Positions 48,975 to 60,146 of a stretch of DNA of 64,000 nucleotides are shown here, in pieces (position 1 is the first letter of the stretch; every line of letters begins with the position of its first letter). The stretch comes from Paragordius varius. Its lineage: Eukaryota > Animalia > Nematomorpha. The stretch lies in contig OZ176050.1 in the NCBI GenBank assembly GCA_964247055.1, forward strand, positions 14,322,001 through 14,386,000. Direction: 5' to 3'. The position numbers and the translations under genes are program-made. The notes beneath the pieces were generated by a model, which was given only the letters and a program-made list of their open reading frames with translations, did no database searches and had not been told where the DNA came from.

Positions 48975-50030
48975 TGAAAGAAAATCAATTATGTATTTTA
49001 TTCAAATCATCTACATCGGATTCTACATATTTTTCCCATATATAAGGTAATATATGAATGCCCAGCCAGAAAACTTGTCTTTTGCGGAAAACAACGTCTA
49101 CAAAAATTTTGAAGTATGGATCTGATAGGGTGTGCCTTGTCCCATTAATGCGAAGTCGTTAGTCACACGGGGTCGGTAAGGCGAAGTGAGCGAAAGCGAG
49201 AAAATTTCACATTTCTAGTTTTGTTGTGTGAAACAAAGCATTGTCATATAGCAATATCTTTTTGCCATCTCCTCTAGCCGAATTCAGTCATCTTTCAATA
49301 AAACATTATTAATCATTTGTTGGCATTAGACGGTTTCACCGAGTTAGAAAAGTTAATTTTACACATTCCGCCATAATTTCACCTGATTAGAGTACGGTTT
49401 TTTTTCGGAAACGATATGGCTTTGGTGTTTATGGAATAATGACTTGGCAAGGTGAAAGCTCCGATCGTTTGGCTTTGGATGCAAAACAATGCCATTACTA
49501 ATCATCCGGCATCCCAAACCATAATTCATATCTTTTCGTAACGTTGAAGTAGGATTAAGAAGCCACTTTGCGATTACTATTTGACGTTCATTCCAACTGT
49601 ATAGGACCTTTATACCCAGTTTATTGGTCGTTTCCATTGCTCTAGACTAGATAATTATTGATTATTTTTTGTAATACATGTAATGCTTTTATCAATCGTT
49701 GTTAGTAGGGTCATTATTCAATCGCTTTTGCACGTTAGCGTCTTGACGCTTGGGTGTTCTAAATCGCCTACTTCTTTAAGATGAAATCACATTTTTTAAA
49801 AATATAAAATCATGTTTCACATGTGTTAATCCATAGAGCGTATATCTCCATATGTTTGTGCCAACAATAACTTTCAACAACCTTTTGCTTCTGATTCTTT
49901 TTCAGGTATTAAATTCGAGATTACTGAATGATAAAAATAAGGCGCTAGTTTTAGGCGAACTCAAATTTTCGGTTTGTAGTTTAATGTTAGATGAACAAAA
50001 AAAGGTATGTATTAATTCATAGTGTAGTCT
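48975..50030 (-). mobile_element. Second degenerate Mos1-like mariner copy
   Basis: GIHILPYIWEKYVESD (49063-49015) and NERQ-containing segment near 49590; shares sequence with 41600-42666 (ggtaatatatgaatgcc, ttgacgttcatt). Confidence 0.8.
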
Positions 50031-50613
50031 TTGCTGAGCCTTCTCTTATATAAACCGTTCATAACTTGTGACCACATCTGTATGGTCAGTAAGCAGAATC
50101 AGACACCTAAAATTCATCATATTAAAACCATCAAAAAAGCCAATACGTCTGATAAAATGTATTTTAAATGCTTGTGCCGTTTTTATTATTTATTATTAAT
50201 TTTGAAAAGTATAATCGTTATAAAAAACATGGCTAACTTTTATCTAAAAATAACTGCCTATACATCGACCATCTCTATGTCAGTTGCAATATCTAACATA
50301 TTAAAAATTCTTAAGTAGTTAATGTATAATCTTCGGTCAATAGTTTAGAAAGGGAATTGTTTAATAATTTATGATATTTAAGATTTAAAATTATTTATAC
50401 TTGTGAACAGTCTCTAATTTTAGTCTGTGCATGTAAAAAAAAGTAATTTTTGAATTAGACATCGATGATAGAGTAGCCTTTATATTAAAAATTCTAATTC
50501 TAGAAAGCATATCATACTTAATATAATGTAGCAAGATAGGCTTCAACCATATTTTTAAAATTTCATTTTTTTGTGTATAAAACTCTCCATCAAAATGTTT
50601 ATGATAACAAATA

Positions 50614-51750
50614 ATGCGACGCAAAATATCTCCCTATATATTAATACTTTTAATTTTATTCAATGCTAATATCGAATCAACCAATACTTTAGCTTCAGTT
50701 AAAAATCAAAGCGAACAAATGCAAAATTTTGATATGCAAAAATCAGATGATGATGGCGACAATTTCTTAGGACAACATATCAGAGCTAATATTGAACCGT
50801 ATCATTACCCAAAATTTTTACAGAAAATAAATACGTTTTTGATATCTCAGTTGTTCAATAATAAACCAAACAATAATGATACTGTCAGCAAAGCACTTGA
50901 TAAAAATGATTCCAAGAGTTATACAGTGGATAAAAATGATTATATTTCTGACCTGGCATCATATTATTTGGACAAATTGGCTTTAGAAAGCGACTTGAAT
51001 CAAAAACTATCGCGTGAGGAACAGCTGAAATATTTGCAAATGGTTCATGAAATAATGAAACAACATTTATTGGGTTGGGGTTCACTAACTAATAATTCGT
51101 TTGGGTTAAAAGAAGGAAAAGGCAATGACTCTAAGAAACAAAATTATCCTGAACAGTTGATTTTGGTAGAAACCATGAATGATTTTTTGAAAGTGGCCGC
51201 CAATAACTCCACAAATAATATAACGAATGGGAATACTTCCGTTTATTTGAATCCGCAAATGTTACACAAAATGGTAAAGCAACATGCGATGAAAATTAAT
51301 AATGATAAAAATCAGTCGTCATTAAGCTTGAATAATAGCACAAATTCTACAGTAGTGTCTATGTCATCTATTATTGAACAAACTTTGCCGCCTTGGATTG
51401 TACCAGAACACTTTCTTACTAAAGGGTTGTCACCCCTGAACTCTGAGCTGAGTAGCTCTATAATAAATATTATCCAAAGCAAAATGACAGTTGCCCAATC
51501 GAAATTAGATCAGTCAGATATTCCTGCTGTAAATATTTCTAAACTATCCAACATTAGTATGGTTTTTATAAATTCTACTATTCCTAATAAAATTGGTCAG
51601 AATATAACTAGCGACGTTAATAAAAGTTTGCACACCACCCTACTTAGTGCAAAAAAGGACATCGAATTAACAGCAAACGTTTTAATCGGCAATAAAACAA
51701 CAAACTCTGCAAAAAGTAACATAATATTAGTAGATATAATAACAAATTAG
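50614..51750 (+). CDS. Intronless 378-aa orphan, predicted secreted, Asn/Ser/Thr-rich
   Basis: 1.1-kb open frame in very AT-rich DNA; N-terminus MRRKISPYILILLILFNANIES resembles a signal peptide; many N-x-S/T sequons; no TM segment or domain recognised. Confidence 0.7.
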   Translation: MRRKISPYILILLILFNANIESTNTLASVKNQSEQMQNFDMQKSDDDGDNFLGQHIRANIEPYHYPKFLQKINTFLISQLFNNKPNNNDTVSKALDKNDSKSYTVDKNDYISDLASYYLDKLALESDLNQKLSREEQLKYLQMVHEIMKQHLLGWGSLTNNSFGLKEGKGNDSKKQNYPEQLILVETMNDFLKVAANNSTNNITNGNTSVYLNPQMLHKMVKQHAMKINNDKNQSSLSLNNSTNSTVVSMSSIIEQTLPPWIVPEHFLTKGLSPLNSELSSSIINIIQSKMTVAQSKLDQSDIPAVNISKLSNISMVFINSTIPNKIGQNITSDVNKSLHTTLLSAKKDIELTANVLIGNKTTNSAKSNIILVDIITN

Positions 51751-52640
51751 TTTTTATACTCAAGTTTTTATGAATTACTTGGACTTGAATAGGGAATAAA
51801 TAGTGAGTCTTATTAGTATTTTTTTTAGAACAGTTATATTTTGATGGCAGAAACCATCATACATTATAAAAATAGTTGATTCGATTATTTTACCTGTTTA
51901 AAATCGTTATGAATGAGCTGACCGGTGCTTGTCCATTCATTGTCCAAATTAGGATTACACGATATTTAAATCCATATTTAGTTTTATTTATTTTGTTAAA
52001 CGCGAAACACATATAAACATCGACTTGTCGTATTCAGTCAAGAGATACTAATCTAAAACATTTGACAATTTTGGCCATTGATGAAAGATTATTATTAAGT
52101 TTTTTTAGAAAGAAACCAATCTTTCTATCCAATATAATTTATTTCTTTATGCATTTTATATATGGAATCTAGATTTAATCAATACAACATTGAATCAACC
52201 CCCATATACTAATCAAACAGTTAAACCAGTTAACACAACTCTCAAACAAGCAAACAATTTTGAAAATCAAAAGCTTAGATTCCATTTTGCTTTTTTAAAT
52301 TTTTTACATTAACCAAAAAAGCAAATGGGTCCTTCATGTATGTAATGAGCATATTTATTGATATTTTGGTTGATTATTTTGGCATCAATTATTTACTTCA
52401 ATACACAAAAAATAAAGCGCCATAATTATTTACAAATTATATGTAGGAATGAATATATAACATGTAATTTTTTGTTTAAAATGTAATTGTAATGTAATTG
52501 TAAAGTAAATGGAATGATCATGAGTATTCTTGTGATATAAAAAATCTAAATAAAAAGATAAAAGAATGGAATTTAATTTAAAAGTAAGTAGACTTAAGCA
52601 CACAATTCTAATCAATTTCAAAAAAGAACCATCCAATTAA

Positions 52641-55600
52641 TTAATTATCGGTATCCTTGTAACTATCGGGTGAATTAGAAACGGACGGCGGTGTTACCAT
52701 ACCTTCATTCCGACCATATGGATGTTGATTGAGTTTTTGAGTTGGTGCACTGTTAAACATAGCTGAGTGCTTATTATCGTTGCAGGATGGATCCATTAAC
52801 ATACCTCTATTCATAGCAACATGCAAGGAGTTTGTTTCATCCTCATGATAAAACGATTTGGAAAACTTTGAAGTGTTTTGCTGATGTGCGAGTATGCTAC
52901 CATTCAACTCTTCACGACTATGTACCGATTCAGTTGGTGTCAGAAAGTGTGTTGGTTGTTGGTGAAGACTCGCATTGGACGATGTAACCTCAGACACTTT
53001 TTTATTAACTCCTGTAGTCATATTGTTGTTACTATTGTATGGAAAAATATTCAACGATCCACTCAACTGATGATGAGCCGGTACCATACAAGATTGCGAA
53101 ACGAATACGGACATTCTTGTAGGATATGAACTATTGTTGGCCATAAGTTCTGTAACATTGTTGGTTTCGTAAGAGCCTTTGGTTGCGTTATTTTCAAAGC
53201 TGGTTGAAATTATAGGATACATATCACATTTTGAAGAAGCGATCCCTTGCACATAATTGTTTTGATTATTCTTTCCAACAACCTCTTGTTGAACATTATT
53301 TCTCTCCTCGCCCTGTATATGATTTGGGGTTAAGCCAGTGTTTGTATTGTTGTTTACCGCCAAGGCGTCATCAATATTGATACGGCTATAACTGTGTTGA
53401 TAGGTGGGATTACCACCATTGTAATGATGTGGCTGATGTGATTGATAAAAGTTTGCATTTTCGCCCCCAAAAAAGAATGGATGGTTATACGGGTAACTAG
53501 CATGACCTGCAGCTCCGTGTGTCGCATTAAAATGTTGTGCTAGATATTTGTAGTGTTGCGTGTAATCATTCAAATCTTTACTGGCATAATAGTAGGGGCC
53601 GTAGAACGCACCTGGGTCTTCCGATGATTCTCTACCTGGCTGTCCATAATAGTTTAGAGCTACAGTGGGGTAAGGATGGATATTGTAAGCAGAAGGGTTG
53701 TTATTTCCAATTTGCTGGTTAAGGGCATTGTTTTGAAACATGGCTAAATTTGTATCATCTCTTGCTTGATCTCCCTTCTCACCATCCTCCTCCATTCTAG
53801 AAAAAAGAATTGCAGCAGCTGAATACATGTTATCTCTATCACCTTTGTTATTCATACCAGCAATTTCTTTGCCATCAGTTTGTATTGTCATCTCGTTATT
53901 ATCTCTAAAGTGTTGGCTCATTGTTGAAGGTTTATTCGAATGATGAGGAGTTGAATTATTTGTATTGTCCCTTTTTGTCGCGCTGTTTTCATTTTTGGCA
54001 GCGTGAGGTGAAATATTACTTTTTGCATTGCTGTAAGGCTGTGTTGTGCGTTCGCTGCTTAATTGATGTTTGCCTTTCCCGTTGTTCCCATTGGCACCAT
54101 TGATGTTTGGGTTGAAAAAGGATGTCAGATATTCTTTTTGCCTTTCAACATTCACAGCGTTCATATAGGCACTCGCATTATTGTTTTGGAATGGTGAGGA
54201 GTGAGGTGAACCGTCATCGTTCCCATATAATTGGGTGTGGTTAGGCTTATTATTCGTACAGTTTGAGTTTACGTAATCGTTGGAGTTTGGTCTACCGCTC
54301 AAGCAAACTGAAGAGTCATTGTGTGGTTGATGTATTACGTGTGACATTTGCTGTCCACTTGATTGACTACTTTGCCGACATTTTGCTCGACGATTTTTGA
54401 ACCATACCTAATTACCGTTATATAACATATAATATATACGTTTAGTATTAACAGTTATAAAATCTATACGAAATCGATATGTGAAAACCTCAAGTCAAAT
54501 ATTTAAATCGTACTGATGAGAGCTAACAAGCACGAAACTAGTCTGCGATTACTATTGACGAAAGGGTTTCACATATTGCTATAATTTCTGTTAATAATCT
54601 TTCTATTAATTTTTTATTTAATTTTCGATTATCATTTTATTACTGATTTTACAAATCAAAACATAATCAATCCGTCATTACCATTACAATATACGTATAG
54701 TGTTGTTTAATATCTTTTGCATCAAAGATGTTTGGAGTTTTTATTTTAAGTATGAAAAATTGAGTTCCATAACTTATTTATGCAAAGTTGAGGAAATGGG
54801 GGACCCCTACATATCTCGTTTATTTTGCTCATATACATCATGCTAATATCACATTGGTGCACATTACTATTTTGAATCAAAGCATATTTTCCTTAAAAAA
54901 TTTCTTAAACAATTTTACTTTCAATAATCAAAAAAAGCATTTTGGAAACCTGAACACGTGATTCGGGTAAATTGATTTTGAGTGCGACCTCTTCCCTCAT
55001 AAAGATGTCTGGATATCGAGTTTTCTGAAACAAAGACTCCAAAATATCTAGTTGAGCCCTGGTAAAAGTTGTACGTTCCCTTCTCTGTTTACGCTGACTT
55101 CCAAGACCTGTCGGATATAAATAAATATTATGGTATAATAAAAAATTTATTATTATATATGCAATAATTCAGATTATATAAATTTATTATGATATTTCGA
55201 TTACTACAAGTAATCTTTGTCAAACGTAAAAATAAAATTAAAATATCAACTAAAATTTATAAAGTAAAACTAAAAAAGCATTATGTAATAAAAAATTTAT
55301 CTTACTAAACTATGATGAAACTTATATGTTAAATTAAAATGTCCAGTTAAAATGGTAAATTTAAAAATTAAATTTTAAAGTTTTTTCAGCGGGTATACTA
55401 TATACAGTCATTTATTAAAAAAATCAGCTTAATTTTTTTAATAAATTTTATAAATACAATGCGTAATTCTCTCAATTTTAATATATACAGTCATGTACCC
55501 TTTATTTTATCCAAAATTTATTTTTTTTGTTAAATGGGTATAGTTATTTGGTTGGTAAAGAGTGGAAAAAACAAGAGCTCTATGGTACTAACAATATCAT

Positions 55601-58600
55601 ATTCATCAAAAAAGTATAAAAATAATTACCATAAAGCTCTTGTATTTTTTTCATTCTTTACCAAATATATACACATTTTACGGGAAAAAAATAATTTTTT
55701 GATAAAAGAAAGGATACATGACTTTAAATTTATTTTTATTGTATCGGGCTGCAAAAATACTCTATATGGCGCTTAATAGTTTTAAGTTAGTTTGTTTAAC
55801 AGCAAACATATAAATTTTTACATCGTAATTTCATGTTTGTAAATCCATGCTTTAAGTATCAAGCATTTTGATATTCCGCATTCATTTTTTGTGATATACA
55901 CGAAGAAAACATGAAAATTTTGTTAACAAAAGGCAAAATATAATTTTTATAAATGTATAAATAAATATTGTATTGTTTTAGCACTTGACCGAAATCCTAA
56001 ATATTAAATTTTCTTATATTTCTTAACCAAAAACCAAAACCACCATCTTTTGTCATCAATGTATAAGTTTTTATGTGTGTCGCGTTTTTTTCCATCTTTA
56101 CAAAAGAAAGAGATGACATAACTTGTAAATAAATTGTTGTATTAAGTAATTCTAAACATTCTTAAGCACTTGAGTAAACATTGTTTTCAGTTTTTTTTGA
56201 AATATATAAAAAAAGCAATTTAATAAAATAAAAAAATATATTATTTTTACAAATAAATATTTATTTTTATTTTACGTAAGATGAATAATTCTAAAAGACA
56301 ATATTGATTTTATGGTATATGTAAAAAAAATTTTAAACTTGATTTCAATATAATTGTGATTATTTATTATAAAAATGTTAACGAAATTTTCAAAAAAATA
56401 TTAAAAGGAGGAGAAATGATTTTTTTATGTTTTTTAATTCTAAATTATTTTTTGAAAACCAACCAAAAACCAAAAAAACTAGGTTAAGGTTATTTTCATT
56501 CCTATATATATATAAGCGATTCAATTTCTGCAAAATTTTCTCTATATATATAAAAATTATGTTAGATTCCTTTCAAACAAAGAAACTTTAGGGATATATA
56601 AAAAAATCGAAATTTTAAGTTCCGCATTCTAATTATCCCTATTTTTAATTTTTTAATTTTTTGAAAATTAAAGCAAAAAAAAATGTTTTTTTTGAAGATG
56701 AGTTGTAGAATTATATACGGAATATCTACTAATAGAGGAAAAAATACGATTCCTATTACATTCTTTGTTTAGAAACTTATAAATACCTGTTATAAATAAC
56801 GCTAATTATATATATATATATATATTATTTAATGTAGTATTATTGTATATCTCAAATTCCAACTTTTTCTACGTTTATTAAATAAATTAGGATTATAATT
56901 ATATATGCTCTCAAATATGCTTAAAACTTTTACTTTTTTTGCCTATAAATAAATATCTTTGTTCAACTTGTAATTATTATTTTACTTTTTTTAATGTTGA
57001 AATTTAAAAAACGTTAGAATAAATATATGACTAAAGAAATAAATGCGGATATAAAAATATGTTTTGTTGGATATGACAAATTATATAAAAGAAAAACAGG
57101 TGTTTTGTTGGATTTAGTCTAAGGTATCATCAAAATTTTGTTGTTTAAAACCTTGAAATGTATATTCGGAAATCTTTAATATATTATATATATAATAAAA
57201 ATTTTAAGCTTTCTAAGTTACTTTTAATCTATTAATGATAAATATTTTCAACATTGTTTAAAGCTTAAAATCTAAACTTTCTATGTTTCATAGTCAAATA
57301 TCCTAGACGTTTAAGGAAGTATTTCATTGTCAAAGTTAATATTATTTATGTCTTATTTGTTAAAAAAGAATGTTATATCATCCATATTTTAGGGGATTTA
57401 TATTTACAGAAATGGAATGTTAGAATAGAGGTTAATATGTTTATAGATATATATGTAATAAAAAGTAGGTAAAATATGGAAAACAAAAACAATTGCAAGA
57501 TTGCGACATTTGTCACCAAAGATCGGAAGATATACAGATTAGCCATTTAAACTTTTCTTTTATGTGATATATTTACAGTAGCATATGGTATAAAACAATA
57601 TTAGTCCTTAAAAAAATAAAAAAATGTTTTTTCAAAAAAAGTAAAAACAAGGGGATAATATGGATATGTGTATATACAACTAGACTTGTTTTTTTTTTGA
57701 AAAAAAAACCATTTTTTTATTCTTTTTTATGGACTAATAATGTTTTATGCCATACGCTACTGTATATTTAATTGCGTAAGTCAGAAGTGGTCAATTATAT
57801 TACTAAGGTTAAAGATTAATATCTAATGAATGGTTTAAAAAAAAATTTTTTTATAAAATCATGATTAGATTTAAGTTGTAAGATTTAAATTATATACATA
57901 TAATTTAATTTAAAGAATAGATTAAGGGGCATAAACTTCAAAACGGTTTCACACCATATTTTTGATGCAGTAAAAATTGAAATTTAACAACGGACAAACT
58001 GTAAAAATATAAAGACAATTTTTTTTTCTCAAAAAACTACCATACTTTTTTAAACCTTAATTCATTTCAATAAAACTCATTGTTTTAAATGGCAAACTAT
58101 AAAAAAGAGATATATATTACTAACACAATCATTTCTATATTTTACAATTGTAACTAAATAGCTTATATGAGAAAAAATAAGGTTTTAAAAAGTATGGTTG
58201 TCTTTTAGATAAAAATACAGACTTTTTTATCAAAAAACTACCATACTTTTTTAAACCTTACTTTATCCTTTAGAAAACATTTTATTGATTGCGTTTTACA
58301 TCTATTATAATTATACGTTGAAACAATGAGTTATGTTTAAAAAAATATAATGGGGTTGGTTGTCTTTTAGAAAAAATTATTGTCTTTATATTTTCACGTT
58401 TCGTCCATAGTATAATTTTAATTTTTACTGTATCAGTTTGAATAAACGTAATATTTCAGGGTTTAGTGTTCGCAATAACATTATCGAATGTCCGTTTTTA
58501 TATTTTGTGTTTTTTTAATATACCATGTATTTTTGGCTATTCTTTTATTTTTAATTTGTAATGATGAAACATTAGTATATATTTTACAAATCAAGGTGCA

Positions 58601-59388
58601 TATCAAACCGTTTTGTCCTTAACTGTTTTATTTTCTTCAAAAAAAATATGGACTTGAAGTTAAAAAAATATCTAGAAAATGAAGGTCTTGTCAAACTTTG
58701 GTTTTAATCCTTGACAAAGGCATAGCTAAAGAAGGGGTAAAGGGGGGTTAATTTAAGCCCGATTTTAAAAAAGTTTTGATTTTATTTCAAAAAAATAGGT
58801 GTTTAAAAGTTATTCTTATTATTATTTTAAATAATACGTAAAAAATCACCCATTTATAAGTGGTCATGACGGTTGGGTTTAAATCTGATTAATTTTAAAG
58901 TCGCGTAGAGGGGGTGCCAGAAATCCGAACTATGCCTCTTATCCTTAATTTACAGTTATGTATCCTTTATTTTATCAAAAATTTATTTTTTCACGTTAAA
59001 TGGGTATAAATATTTGGTAAAGAATGGAAAAAAACAAGAGCTCTATGGGTATAAACAATATCATATATTCATCAAAAAAGCATAAGAATTACCATATAGC
59101 TCTTGTTTTTTCCATTCTTTACCAAATATTTAAACCCATTTAACAGGGAAAAAAATAAAATTTTGATAAAATAAAGGATACATGACTGTATATCGATCAA
59201 ATTATTTTTCAATTTTATAGAGATTATGTTATAAACGAAAAAAGATATATGCTATTAAATATGTATACATATTTACCATTATAAGCCATAGGATTAGTTA
59301 ACAAATCTAAGGCAGGTGGCGGGTGATTTTGAAAATGATGATTCATTGCGCTTGGATTAAAGTAGGGATGTCCTTTCACAAATGCCAT
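52641..59388 (-). CDS. otx: Orthodenticle/Otx K50 homeobox protein, 678 aa; exons 59388-59277, 55107-54950, 54407-52641
   Basis: N-terminus MAFVKGHPY...[12 protein letters not shown]. Homeodomain [48 protein letters not shown]|[12 protein letters not shown] (K50, canonical intron in helix 3). The 568-aa ORF in the track is the third exon. The exons total 2037 nt. Confidence 0.96.
54477..54576 (+). ncRNA. Type I hammerhead ribozyme (minimal stem III, extended stem I), antisense within Otx intron 2
   Basis: Stem I AAUCGUA(54506-12)/UGCGAUU(54544-50); core CUGAUGA 54513-19; stem II GAGCU-aaca-AGCAC (one A.A mismatch); GAAA 54534-37; palindromic stem III AC-UA-GU; cleavage triplet GUC (cut after 54543). 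Outer helices GUCAA/UUGAC, CCU/AGG and AUAUGUGAAA/UUUCACAUAU extend stem I. Confidence 0.85.
55488..55723. mobile_element. MITE family F (TA|CAGTCATGTATCC..., ~240 bp), Otx intron 1
   Basis: Near fully palindromic; second copy at 58953-59188. Confidence 0.75.
57576..57762. mobile_element. MITE family E, Otx intron 1
   Basis: TA|CAGTAGCATATGG ... CCATACGCTACTG|TA. Confidence 0.8.
57968..58430. mobile_element. MITE family A with internal duplication, Otx intron 1
   Basis: CAGTAAAAATTGAAATT ... aatttttactg|ta; the aaaaaactaccatacttttttaaacctta segment occurs twice. Confidence 0.75.
58718..58940. mobile_element. Possible small hAT-like element
   Basis: AGGGCATAGCT ... ACTATGCCTCT short inverted ends with G-runs inside each end; single copy in the window. 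Confidence 0.3.
58953..59188. mobile_element. MITE family F, Otx intron 1
   Basis: TA|CAGTTATGTATCCTTTATTTTATCAAAA ... TTTTGATAAAATAAAGGATACATGACTG|TA. Confidence 0.85.
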
Positions 59389-59537
59389 TTATTTCAAAAA
59401 TTTTCTTTTTTGGAAATAAAGTCGGTTTTTGATTTTTCAAAGGAGTTTTTCAATTTAGACTTTGGATGTTCTGTGTAAGAAACCTAAGATATGAATTTTA
59501 TAATTATTTAAAATTATTTTCAATAGTTAAATATAAA

Positions 59538-60146
59538 GTAAAAATTGAAATTATACGGACAAAACGTAAAAATATAAAGACAAATATTTTTATCTAAAAG
59601 ACAACACAACCCATGCTTTTTCTTAAATTAAAATTCAACTAATTGTTTTATAAACTACAAAGTATAAAATGGAGATGAAAATTGCGAACAAATTTCAGTA
59701 TATATTGATTTTTAGATCAATTAAGGTTAACAAGGTATAGTCTTTTACAGAAAAAAAATTGCCTTTATATTTACACGTTTTGTCCATATAATTTCCATTT
59801 TTACCGTATTTTTGCCAATAAAAGCTTTACTGAGACTGAAATCAGAGTTGAATACAGTAAAATGGATATTATACGGACAAAACGTAAAATAATAAAGAAA
59901 AATATTTTTATCTAAAAGACTAGTCAACCATATTTTTTAAATCTTAATTTTTATTTACTTAAAACTCATTGTTTAGAATTGTAAATTATAAAATAGTGAG
60001 ACGTATATTGGTAACACAATTTTTACAATCGTTATTAAATGGTTAGATAAATTAGGGTTTAAAAAAGTTGGGGTTGTCTTTTAGAGAAAAAAAATTGTCT
60101 TTATATTTTTACATTTTGTCAGCCGGATAATTACCATTTTGATTGT
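59538..60146. mobile_element. Two adjacent MITE family A copies (59538-59806 and 59855-60146) just upstream of the Otx ATG
   Basis: Both begin gtaaaaa..ga.attatacggacaaaacgtaaaa and end with the inverse arm. Confidence 0.75.

Noticed and set aside
53067-53110. CTGATGA...GAAAC on the + strand
   Set aside because: Antisense of Otx coding sequence; no stem III, NUH triplet or stem I geometry.
52641-54347. 568-aa ORF as a stand-alone gene
   Set aside because: It is in frame with the upstream [12 protein letters not shown] segment and is exon 3 of Otx.
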